Of a stretch of DNA of 64,000 bases, positions 57,005 through 64,000 are shown piece by piece. Within the stretch, counting starts at the first letter, position 1. Each line of letters starts with the position of its first letter. The stretch is from Dehalococcoidia bacterium. Lineage in GTDB: Bacteria > Chloroflexota > Dehalococcoidia > Lucifugimonadales > UBA3495. The notes under the pieces were generated by a model that was not told where the DNA came from, ran no database searches, and worked only from the letters and a program-made list of their open reading frames with translations. Location of the stretch: contig OY843611.1 in the NCBI GenBank assembly GCA_963692995.1, forward strand, positions 2,874,440-2,938,439. Reading direction: 5' to 3'. The position numbers and the translations under genes were made by a program.

Positions 57005-57739
57005 ATGTTCTCCGGCTGGCGATCTTGGGCCTTGCTGCTGCCGGCCTTGCTGCTGCTGGCGGTGGCTTGCCGGGGGCCGGCGGCGGACCCGGCGCCGCTT
57101 TCCGCCGGAACCGCCGTCAACTCTCCGACTAATCCCGCGCCGACCGTTTTCGTTACGGCTACGCCCTGGCCGACTTTCACGCCGCCGCCGCCGCCGCCGC
57201 GGGCTGACGTCGCTCCGCCGGTTGCGGCCAACCTCGCTGATGCCCGCGATGCTCGCTCTCAGGCCCGTGGTCGGGCGTTGCCGGCGCTTTTCGTCCCGCC
57301 GCCGCCGGAAACCTGCGCCGAGGGCGCAGTGGGCGATTCGGGCGTGGTTCTGGTCGATACCGCCTTCTTCCCCATGCGCTCTTTCGGCTTTCCCGCTTAT
57401 GATCCGGGGCGGCGGCAGGTGTTTTACGCCGCCGGCGACCTGCGCTGGCTGGTCTGGCGGCTGACTTTTCGGCTTTCGCCAGCGACGGCCTCGGACCCGG
57501 ACGATGCGGCGGCGCAACCCTTTTACCGCTGGGGACGCATTGCCGCCGGCGGCGGCGTGACAACTTTAGCGGTAAAGCCGGGCGATGTCTTCGATCCGGT
57601 CTTCGGGAAGGCCCGGACGCAGATCGTTCAGGAAGGGCTGGGCGCCGATGGGCCGGGTTTCTGGCAAGCCGGACGCTACTTCGCGGAGGCGTGGACGGCG
57701 GATTGCGTCATCGCCCGGCATTTCTTTGAAATCCGCTGA
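57005..57739 (+). CDS. lipoprotein (244 aa)
   Basis: ATG at 57005. The signal peptide with lipobox reads MFSGWRSWALLLPALLLLAVAC. Confidence 0.6.
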   Translation: MFSGWRSWALLLPALLLLAVACRGPAADPAPLSAGTAVNSPTNPAPTVFVTATPWPTFTPPPPPPRADVAPPVAANLADARDARSQARGRALPALFVPPPPETCAEGAVGDSGVVLVDTAFFPMRSFGFPAYDPGRRQVFYAAGDLRWLVWRLTFRLSPATASDPDDAAAQPFYRWGRIAAGGGVTTLAVKPGDVFDPVFGKARTQIVQEGLGADGPGFWQAGRYFAEAWTADCVIARHFFEIR

Positions 57740-57752
57740 GGAGCGCAGGAAT

Positions 57753-58496
57753 ATGGTTCTGGTCAAGCGCAAGATTAGTCGCATTCTGGTCGTCGGGCCG
57801 CTGGGACTGCAAGTATCGGAGTATCAACCGGACGCGAATGGCGAGCCGCCCGCCGCGGGCCGGACGCTGCTGTCCGTGGGCGGACGCGGCTTGGCCGCGG
57901 CGACGGAACTGCGCCGCCGGGGGCAGTGGTCGGAGCTGGCCGGGGCGCTGAACGAGGCGACTTTCGCCGGCCGCTTTATCTTGCGTTCCTTGCGCCAGCG
58001 GGGCTTTTATCCGAACTATCTGATCCACGAAGCGGAGCTGCCCGATCCGGTGCTGAACGAAGGCGCTTTCCCCCTGTGGGATTCCCGGCGCCTGCCGGAG
58101 TTGATGAACCCCTTGCTGGCGGATTTCGACTGGCTGCTTTGCGACGGCGAGTTGGGCGAGGCGGCTTTGCGGCGGGCCGCCGCCGTGGCTCAGGAACTGG
58201 GAGTGCGGGTGGCCGGCATGGGCGCTGGCGAGAACGCGCGGCGGCTGCTGGAGCTGATCCCCGACTTGCAGGGGCTGTGCTGCGACTACTCGGCGGCCCA
58301 GGCGCTGCTGGGCCGCAAGCGGCGCGGTGTCGCCGGCTGCATCGCCCTCAGTCGGGACCTGGGCGGGCTGCGCTTGCGCGCGCCGACGGACGGCGGCGGG
58401 TCGTTGACTTTGGCGGCGGGCGAAACGGTGGATTGCGGCGTCTGGCAGGGCTTGGCTACGGAGAGCGCCGGGCTGGTCGCGGGATTGCTGGACTAG
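57753..58496 (+). CDS. hypothetical protein (247 aa); faint PfkB/ribokinase-like N-terminal pattern
   Basis: ATG at 57753 follows GAGGAG. ILVVGPLGLQV...LLSVGGRGLAAATELRRRG loosely recalls the ribokinase-fold N-terminus. This is weak. Confidence 0.5.
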   Translation: MVLVKRKISRILVVGPLGLQVSEYQPDANGEPPAAGRTLLSVGGRGLAAATELRRRGQWSELAGALNEATFAGRFILRSLRQRGFYPNYLIHEAELPDPVLNEGAFPLWDSRRLPELMNPLLADFDWLLCDGELGEAALRRAAAVAQELGVRVAGMGAGENARRLLELIPDLQGLCCDYSAAQALLGRKRRGVAGCIALSRDLGGLRLRAPTDGGGSLTLAAGETVDCGVWQGLATESAGLVAGLLD

Positions 58497-58630
58497 TGAT
58501 TGGACGTCAGCACTTTCAGCAGCGCGCCGTTGACCGGCGAGTCCGGGTTCATGGCGTGGTTGACCGTGAATTCCGCTCCGCACCGGAGTAGGCTGCCCAG
58601 GCCGATGGCGATTAGGATGCTTTTGAGCAT
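58493..58630 (-). CDS. very small secreted / membrane peptide (45 aa), weak
   Basis: ATG at 58630 (MLKSILIAIGLGSLLRCGAEF...). It is convergent with the previous gene and overlaps it by 4 nt. Confidence 0.3.
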   Translation of the reverse strand: MLKSILIAIGLGSLLRCGAEFTVNHAMNPDSPVNGALLKVLTSNH

Positions 58631-59159
58631 GATCGGGTTCCTTTGGGATTGGGTGATGCGGTTCCGGCAGTGGCAGTCGGGCGCGGGATTGCGCCGCGCT
58701 GATGGCAAAGGGGGGAGTTTTGACAACTCCCCCCTTCTTGCTGGGTGGTTGGTTTGACGGCGGTTTCAGCCGCGCCGCCGCCCGGCCGGCGGGCCGGTTT
58801 GCGGTCGTTGGCAAGCCGCTTCGGGCCGGTTTTTATGCTGAACTAACATCAATCTCTTCGGGATAGCGGGTACAAACTTTACTTTATGCTGAATAGGGGA
58901 CTTTCGCTGGGGAGAATAGGGGACAATGTTTCCAGGGTTCGGCGCCAGGGGGATCAGGGCTTATCCGAGGGGTATTCGCTTCGTAAAACCGGGGCGGGAC
59001 TTTCCGTAGCGCCGGGCCGTTGCGACAGGCCGGGGGTGATGTACCAGGATTTGAGCGTGATTTGACGCCGGTTGTGGGGAGAAACTTTACGGCGCCGGAG
59101 CGGGTCGTTTTGGCGATGGCGCCGGGGGTTCTCCCGATGGCGCCGGGCGCGTCGGGGGA

Positions 59160-59864
59160 TTAGTCGTTGGGTACGATGATGACGGTTACGTCGTGAGCGG
59201 CGGCGTATTCCCGGCTGGCGTCGGCAGCGCCGGTTCCGATGGCGGCGGCGGCGACGGGGCTGCCGGTGGCGGCGGCGAGGATGTCGGCGCGTCGGCGGGC
59301 GCGGTTCACGTCTTCGTGGTGGATGGTCAGGGAGATTTCGGCCAGGGCGTAGCGGGCTGGGCCGGGTTCGGCGGCGCTGCGGATCACCAGGTCGGTGAGT
59401 TCGGCTTCGTCGGCTTGTTGGTCGGTGATGTGGTTGAGCGCGGCGGCGTTTTCCAGGAGTTCGGAGAGGGCGGTGGCGTCGGGCATAGTGGGGGAGTAGA
59501 TGGGGTAGGCGCCGGGCATATTGAGTTGGGAGCGGGCGATGCGGCGGGCGCGGCGGGCGATTTTGCGTTCGTAGTCGGAGCCGGTGAGGTTATTGAGCTG
59601 GCCCTGCATTCTGGTTTGGTTGTTCTTGAGTTCGGCCACGTCGCTCCTGAGTTCGGCCTGGCCGCTTTCCAGCCGGTCGAGCCGTTGGTTGATGACGGCG
59701 ACGGCGGCGTTGAGTTCTTGGACGGACTGGACTAGTTGGGCTACGATGGCGGGGAGTTGCAGGAGTTCATCGGTGAGGATATGGCGGCGCATGGCTTCGC
59801 GGAGTTCGGGGTTTTGGGACATGGCGTTGAGGATGTCGGCGAAGGTGGTGATGGCGGGGGACAT
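59160..59864 (-). CDS. hypothetical protein (234 aa) with an N-terminal coiled coil
   Basis: The coiled-coil stretch reads VQELNAAVAVINQRLDRLESGQAELRSDVAELKNNQTRMQGQLNNL. The C-terminal half (DLVIRS...ALAEISLTIHHED) may be nuclease-like, but I cannot support that. Confidence 0.6.
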   Translation of the reverse strand: MSPAITTFADILNAMSQNPELREAMRRHILTDELLQLPAIVAQLVQSVQELNAAVAVINQRLDRLESGQAELRSDVAELKNNQTRMQGQLNNLTGSDYERKIARRARRIARSQLNMPGAYPIYSPTMPDATALSELLENAAALNHITDQQADEAELTDLVIRSAAEPGPARYALAEISLTIHHEDVNRARRRADILAAATGSPVAAAAIGTGAADASREYAAAHDVTVIIVPND

Positions 59865-60916
59865 GGCGGTCTGGACCTCGTTGGCGGGGGTATGGGATGG
59901 TTTGATTTCGTTGACGATTGGCTAATGCAACTCGGTAGGCAAGGTTGCATTGACGCAACAGTTTGAGTGGCTTCCCCTGGGGCCTGTTTGATTTTAGCAT
60001 CGCGGCGGGGGTCTCCCGCAAGCGGGGGTGCGGGCGGCGGGCCGGTTTGGCGATGCGGTTCCGGTTCGGCGGGCGGGATGCCGGGAGCCGGCCCGGTTTG
60101 CCCCGTAGCGGGGCGGTGTCGGACGCGGTTCAGGTCTTCGTGGTGGCTGGCGACCCGACGGTTGCGGCTGGCGACCCGGCGGTTGCGGTTGGCGCAGCGC
60201 CGCTATGGTGTCGTCCGTCGTCCGCGCCTTGGACGCGATTGTGCGGAATGGCGGGTTGGCATTCGTGATGTCCGCCAGCCGGATAGCCCGGCGCGTCGCC
60301 GCCGCGTCTCAGGAGGTCGGGCTAGGCGACGGGTTTTCCGGCGACTCCGGCCGTATAGGGATGGCCGTGGGGATGTCGCAAGGGGGCGCGCCGGATGGGG
60401 CGATGCTGCGTCGGCCAGCCCGGTGATGGTGGCTTGCTATACGGGGGCGCCCGCGCCGCGCACGCCCCCGCTGCCTGGACTAGTCGTCTTTTGCGGGGCT
60501 GGGGCGTGTCGTATGAGGCCCGTACAGGCCCTAAAGTCGGCCCGAAGGCGTTACGGGGCCTTTTGTTTCATTCACTGCGTCGCCCGGTCTTATGCGGCGG
60601 CTGGCGGGCGCTTCGGGGCGGGTGTTCGGGGATACGAATGAGGGCGGGCCGTAGCCCGCCCCTGGTGGCCGTCGGACTATCCCCGCGTTGACGGCGACAG
60701 TATTCGCGTGGCGTTTTTCCCAGCGGGTGAGGCTGGGGTTTTGGCCCGGACTGGCGACGGCGGCTTTTAGGTTAGCCGGGGTGTCCCGGGGTGTCAAGGG
60801 GTGCGGCGGCGTGTTGGGCGGCGTGCGTGTTGCGTTTTTTCCCGCAGCGGGAGCCGGGGCGCCTTGCGAGCCGGTTTTGGTCCAGGGGGTTCTCCCGGTC
60901 TGGTTGGGTGTGTGGC

Positions 60917-61147
60917 TTATTCTGACGGGGGTTTGGGGCAGATTGGGCAGTGGTTTGCGGGGTAGCCGACGGTGGCGACGTGGCCGATTAGGTTGCCGAC
61001 GCTGCGCCGGGCGGCTTGGCGGGTGGGGTGGGGTTGGGGGTTGGGGCGGATCATTTGGCCGTAGGCTTCGCGGAAGATGTGGTAGTGTCGGGTATGGGGG
61101 CCGAAGTCGCCGCTTTGGAGTTCGCAGTTGAATTGAGGGTTGGGCAT
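60917..61147 (-). CDS. small hypothetical protein (76 aa)
   Basis: GGAG ~9 nt upstream of the ATG (MPNPQFNCELQSGDFGPHTRHYHIFREAYG...). Confidence 0.4.
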   Translation of the reverse strand: MPNPQFNCELQSGDFGPHTRHYHIFREAYGQMIRPNPQPHPTRQAARRSVGNLIGHVATVGYPANHCPICPKPPSE

Positions 61148-61380
61148 TGGTTTGGCTCCGGGGCGGGGTTGTGGGTGGAGTGTGGCGGCCTGGTGGTCAT
61201 TGGGGGCGCTTCTTGGGGGGGTGACCTTGAAGAACTGGGCGATTGGTTCGTTCCGGCTTTGCTAACAGGCGCGCATTTCGCAGCGTTTGCATAGGGTGGC
61301 CCAGTATTGAATGCGGTGGGCGCCGGTGACGGGTTGAGCGGTGGTGTCAAAGTTGCCCATGGGCGGGATCTAGGGGGCGT

Positions 61381-61626
61381 TCACGGGGTTCGCTCCTGTT
61401 TAGCGAGGGTGAAGTGGTTGCCGTTTTCGTTGACGATGCAGATTTGGTCGTCGGGGTCGATGTTGGCCCAGTGTTCCAGCACGGGGCTGTAGTCGCCGAA
61501 GGCTTCGGCCAGGGCGTCCTCGACTCTCCTGACCCATTGTTCTTCGAAGGAGTCGGGGCGGAGCAGGGGGAAGCGGAAGCGGAAGAGGATGGCGGGGCCG
61601 GGGTCTTGGTCGTCAGGTCGGTACAT
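61381..61626 (-). CDS. small hypothetical protein (81 aa)
   Basis: AGAGG upstream of the ATG (MYRPDDQDPGPAILFRFRFPLLRPDSFEEQW...). Confidence 0.55.
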   Translation of the reverse strand: MYRPDDQDPGPAILFRFRFPLLRPDSFEEQWVRRVEDALAEAFGDYSPVLEHWANIDPDDQICIVNENGNHFTLAKQERTP

Positions 61627-61733
61627 TTTGGGCCTCTGCTTCGTGCTGTGGCGGGTGGGAGGACTGGTGGTGTTCTCAGTTTCTTTGGATTGATGGGGGG
61701 CGGTTGCTCGGCTCCGGGGTTGTGGCCGGCGGG

Positions 61734-62234
61734 TTATTCCAGCACCCAGACGCTCATGGCCTTGCGTTCGCCGGCGAGGACGGAGCCGTCGGGCTGGCGG
61801 TAGCGGTAGGTTCGTCCGTCCCAGGTGTTCCAGAGGGCGTTGTCGCGGAGGCCGGCGATGTGCCGGCGGGTGGTTACTAGGCAGCCGCCGCGGTGTCGGC
61901 CGTAGTCGGCGTAGGCTTGGGTGTAGGTGGGTCGGGGGCCGGGGGGCAGTCTGACTTTTTGCAGTCCGAATAGGGCGAGGTCGGCGTCGTTGTCCTGGCG
62001 GCTCCAGGGCTTGCCGGTGACGCTGGATTTGGCGCGGCAGGCGTAGGCGGTGGCGCTGGCGGGGAAGCCGCGGGCTTTGCGGTTTTCGGCCAGGGTGAGG
62101 TACACGTCTCGGTAGTCTCGGTCGGTGATTAGGGCGATGGCGCGGGGCAGGCAGTCGTGGGCCTTGCCTTGGTAGCCGGCGTGGGCGCGGCCGCCGTCGC
62201 TTTTGACGAATCCGATCATTCCGAGTCCGATCAT
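61734..62234 (-). CDS. hypothetical protein (166 aa)
   Basis: Its start overlaps the upstream stop (ATGA). GFVKSDGGRAHAGYQGKAHDCLPRAIALITDRDYRDVYLTL resembles a conserved phage/plasmid protein family whose name I cannot place. Confidence 0.6.
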   Translation of the reverse strand: MIGLGMIGFVKSDGGRAHAGYQGKAHDCLPRAIALITDRDYRDVYLTLAENRKARGFPASATAYACRAKSSVTGKPWSRQDNDADLALFGLQKVRLPPGPRPTYTQAYADYGRHRGGCLVTTRRHIAGLRDNALWNTWDGRTYRYRQPDGSVLAGERKAMSVWVLE

Positions 62235-62656
62235 TTTTGCGGCGTCTCCGGGGCGGTATTGGGGAGGTTGGGGTTGGGGTTGGGGTTGGTGGCAGGGTCG
62301 GAGGTCGGCGCTGATAAAGGCTTGGGCCGTTGAGTAGCAGTTTGGGCAGGAGTTTTCGGGGGCGCTGTGTTGGCGGTCACGACTTTGGGCGTTGCGGATA
62401 AGCCTAGCGGGTCGAGGCGGCGGCGGATTGCGGCGTCGGCGGCGCCGGCCGCCAGGATTTTGCGGATGGAGTTATCCTGCGCCATCCCAGGTTTGGATTC
62501 CGCCAGGTCCGGCGGCCGGGGAGGTCGCTCCGGTATGGCGTACTGGGCATCCGATTGCGCGGTTTGGGTGGATCGGTTATTGCGTGGGGCTGATTTGCTG
62601 GATGGAGCGGCGTAGCCGTTTGCCGTCAACATCATCGTATTCCGCACAAATCTCAA
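62231..62656 (-). CDS. Pro/Ala/Thr-rich hypothetical protein (start uncertain)
   Basis: Track ORF. Its 5' end overlaps the 62577-62777 gene, and an internal ATG at 62485 (MAQDNSIRKIL) is possible. Confidence 0.4.
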   Translation of the reverse strand: MRFVRNTMMLTANGYAAPSSKSAPRNNRSTQTAQSDAQYAIPERPPRPPDLAESKPGMAQDNSIRKILAAGAADAAIRRRLDPLGLSATPKVVTANTAPPKTPAQTATQRPKPLSAPTSDPATNPNPNPNLPNTAPETPQK

Positions 62657-62777
62657 TGGTTCCCTGGTCGGTGAAATGCACGGTAAGTTTCCCGTTCAGT
62701 TCGCCCAGGGTAGCCCGCAGGCGGTATATTTGGGATTGCAGACTGTTGACTAGGGCGTCGTGGCGTTGGGCGTCCAT
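62577..62777 (-). CDS. small hypothetical protein (66 aa)
   Basis: MDAQRHDALVNSLQSQIYRLRATLGELNGKLTVHFTDQGTIEICAEYDD... Confidence 0.5.
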   Translation of the reverse strand: MDAQRHDALVNSLQSQIYRLRATLGELNGKLTVHFTDQGTIEICAEYDDVDGKRLRRSIQQISPTQ

Positions 62778-63012
62778 AATATTCTCCGTAATAGCCGGAT
62801 TGGGGCTTACCGCCGTCGTCGCCGGCTGGTACGGCCCGGCGCCCGGCGCATCCGTAGGTTGTTCTCATTGCAAGCTGATGGGCGCGTAGCGATCTCGCTT
62901 TCCCTTGTTGCGCGGCGGACAGAGCAACGTCAGGTTGTCGTAAGCGTTGGTGTTCCTTTTCCTGCGCGTAAGGGGGGCAGATTGGCTACCGCCGGACTGT
63001 CCCCGGCTCTGC

Positions 63013-63195
63013 TCACGCCAGGGGGTGGCATTGCAGGTATAGGAGTTTCTGGCCGGACCAGCCGCACCGGGCGCAGTTGGCCGTGGTGAAGGTGTGTCCA
63101 TCCGGCGGTTGCGCGTCTTTGCGGCGTTGAATGACGATTTCGCCCTTCATTCTGATGGCGCCCTTACAGCGTGGGCAGCCGATAGTGATTCGCAT
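63013..63195 (-). CDS. small zinc-ribbon protein (60 aa)
   Basis: ATG at 63195 follows GAGAAGGAA. Motif MRITIGCPRCKGAIRMKGE...ANCARCGW. Confidence 0.55.
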   Translation of the reverse strand: MRITIGCPRCKGAIRMKGEIVIQRRKDAQPPDGHTFTTANCARCGWSGQKLLYLQCHPLA

Positions 63196-63254
63196 TTCCT
63201 TCTCTCTTACGGCTGGGGGCAGTCTGGTGGTAGCCGGTCTGCCTCCGTCCAGGC

Positions 63255-63452
63255 TTACTCTTCCCATTCTCCGTTAGCGATGGCTTGGCATTGGTACTCG
63301 TGGTCTTTCATAAACTCGGCTACGTCCCGCCGGCTCCATCGCTCCTTGGACCACCACTGTCCACAGATGAGACAGGTCATTCTCCATACGGTGATTTGCT
63401 GGACGAATGCCTGTCCGTGCTCGGTGATAATGTCCTGTTCTTGCCACGTCAT
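63255..63452 (-). CDS. small Cys-containing protein (65 aa)
   Basis: ATG at 63452 follows AAGGAG. It reads MTWQEQDIITEHGQAFVQQITVWRMTCLICGQWW... Confidence 0.55.
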   Translation of the reverse strand: MTWQEQDIITEHGQAFVQQITVWRMTCLICGQWWSKERWSRRDVAEFMKDHEYQCQAIANGEWEE

Positions 63453-63596
63453 GCGTCTGCTCCTTTCCCGGTGCGTTTGCACTGCGTTCAGCCGTCCTTG
63501 CAGGGTGTAGATTGCCCGGTCGGCGGGGGCGCTTTGGAGCAAGTCGCGGCATCATTCACCCCGTGCTGGCGGGCGGGAGGGTTCCGGCGTTGGCGT

Positions 63597-63866
63597 TCAC
63601 AGCCATCTTTTCAGGTAGCCGCCGTGGGGCTGGCGGTGAACGCCGTGCTGGTCGCATTGGGCGGTGATTTTGACTGGGCTGCCGGCTTTTTCAGCAGGGA
63701 AGCCGGGGCAAGGGAGCATGCTGATGGGGATGCGGAAGGCGCAGTTCTGGCAGATTGGCCGGTTGCGGCAGCCTTTGGGGTCATGGAACCAGAGGTTCGT
63801 ATAGTGATTGGCCTGGGTGATGGGGTGTTTGGCGTCGGGGGTTGAGAATCCGCAATTGACTGGCAT
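63597..63866 (-). CDS. small Cys-rich protein (89 aa)
   Basis: ATG at 63866 (MPVNCGFSTPDAKHPI...CRNRPICQNCAF...). Confidence 0.5.
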   Translation of the reverse strand: MPVNCGFSTPDAKHPITQANHYTNLWFHDPKGCRNRPICQNCAFRIPISMLPCPGFPAEKAGSPVKITAQCDQHGVHRQPHGGYLKRWL

Positions 63867-64000
63867 GGTGGCCTCGGCGGTATGGGGGGCATCAGGTTTC
63901 GTTTGGGGGCATGACAAAGGGCGCCGGACGGGAAGGTCGGGCGCCCTGGTTTTGGCGGGTTGGCGGGTTCAGAAAATTGGGTTGGGGCTGTTGCAGGTGG

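Noticed and set aside
55027-57231. 734-aa minus-strand ORF antisense to the VirB4-like gene, and 57708..58814 (-, 368 aa) antisense to downstream genes.
   Set aside because: They have Gln/Arg/Pro/His-rich shadow-frame composition. The opposite strand carries clear Walker A/B motifs and lipoprotein signals.
1-64000. Genome-wide stop-codon reassignment as an explanation for the in-frame TAA and TAG in the small ORFs.
   Set aside because: TGA (468, 5121), TAA (6682, 7108, 14135) and TAG (14138, 39243) all terminate well-supported genes at sensible positions. Any recoding would have to be local.
1-64000. A search by eye for tRNA/tmRNA (GGTTCGAATCC-type T-arms), rRNA, integrase/transposase genes and terminal inverted repeats that would define element ends.
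   Set aside because: None were found. A manual scan can miss tRNAs, so tRNAscan/Aragorn and an integrase HMM search should be run. I therefore make no claim about the element boundaries.

Overview
This is a high-GC window (roughly two-thirds G+C by eye), densely coding, and it reads as accessory or mobile DNA rather than core chromosome. I recognised no rRNA, tRNA, CRISPR array, transposase or integrase. Recognisable content is conjugative-element or plasmid-like, with phage-like small-gene clusters. It includes two primase-type genes: a DnaG-like CHC2/Toprim gene at 468-1739, and a Toprim plus D5/P4-alpha-like gene at 29236-31911. It also includes a TraD/VirD4-like coupling ATPase, a replication-relaxation-type protein and a VirB4-like ATPase. 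Other transfer-related genes are a VirB6/TrbL-like 1283-aa membrane protein, a PrgI/VirB3-like protein and an element-encoded sigma-70 family factor. Several lipoproteins and secreted FN3-like or LRR proteins are present, plus a 1734-aa Ala-rich repeat protein. Cargo modules include a GHKL-ATPase gene pair, a Uma2 nuclease, a low-GC DUF4365 two-gene module, an ImmA/IrrE+DUF4411 pair and a Gp37/Gp68 protein. The most unusual feature is a 1.7-kb ORF-free region (31.9-33.6 kb). It has mirrored arrays of a GCCGCAA motif, nested perfect 19-bp inverted repeats of TGTAACA iterons and a 29% GC core. I interpret it as a candidate origin, partition site or translocase-loading site. Other leads are a 901-aa protein with motifs resembling two-barrel (YonO / cellular RdRP-like) polymerases, a paralogous family of PYHC zinc-ribbon miniproteins, interrupted small ORFs and local duplications. 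All protein-family calls come from motif recognition by eye, with no database search run. Start codons were refined by eye from Shine-Dalgarno-like sequences.
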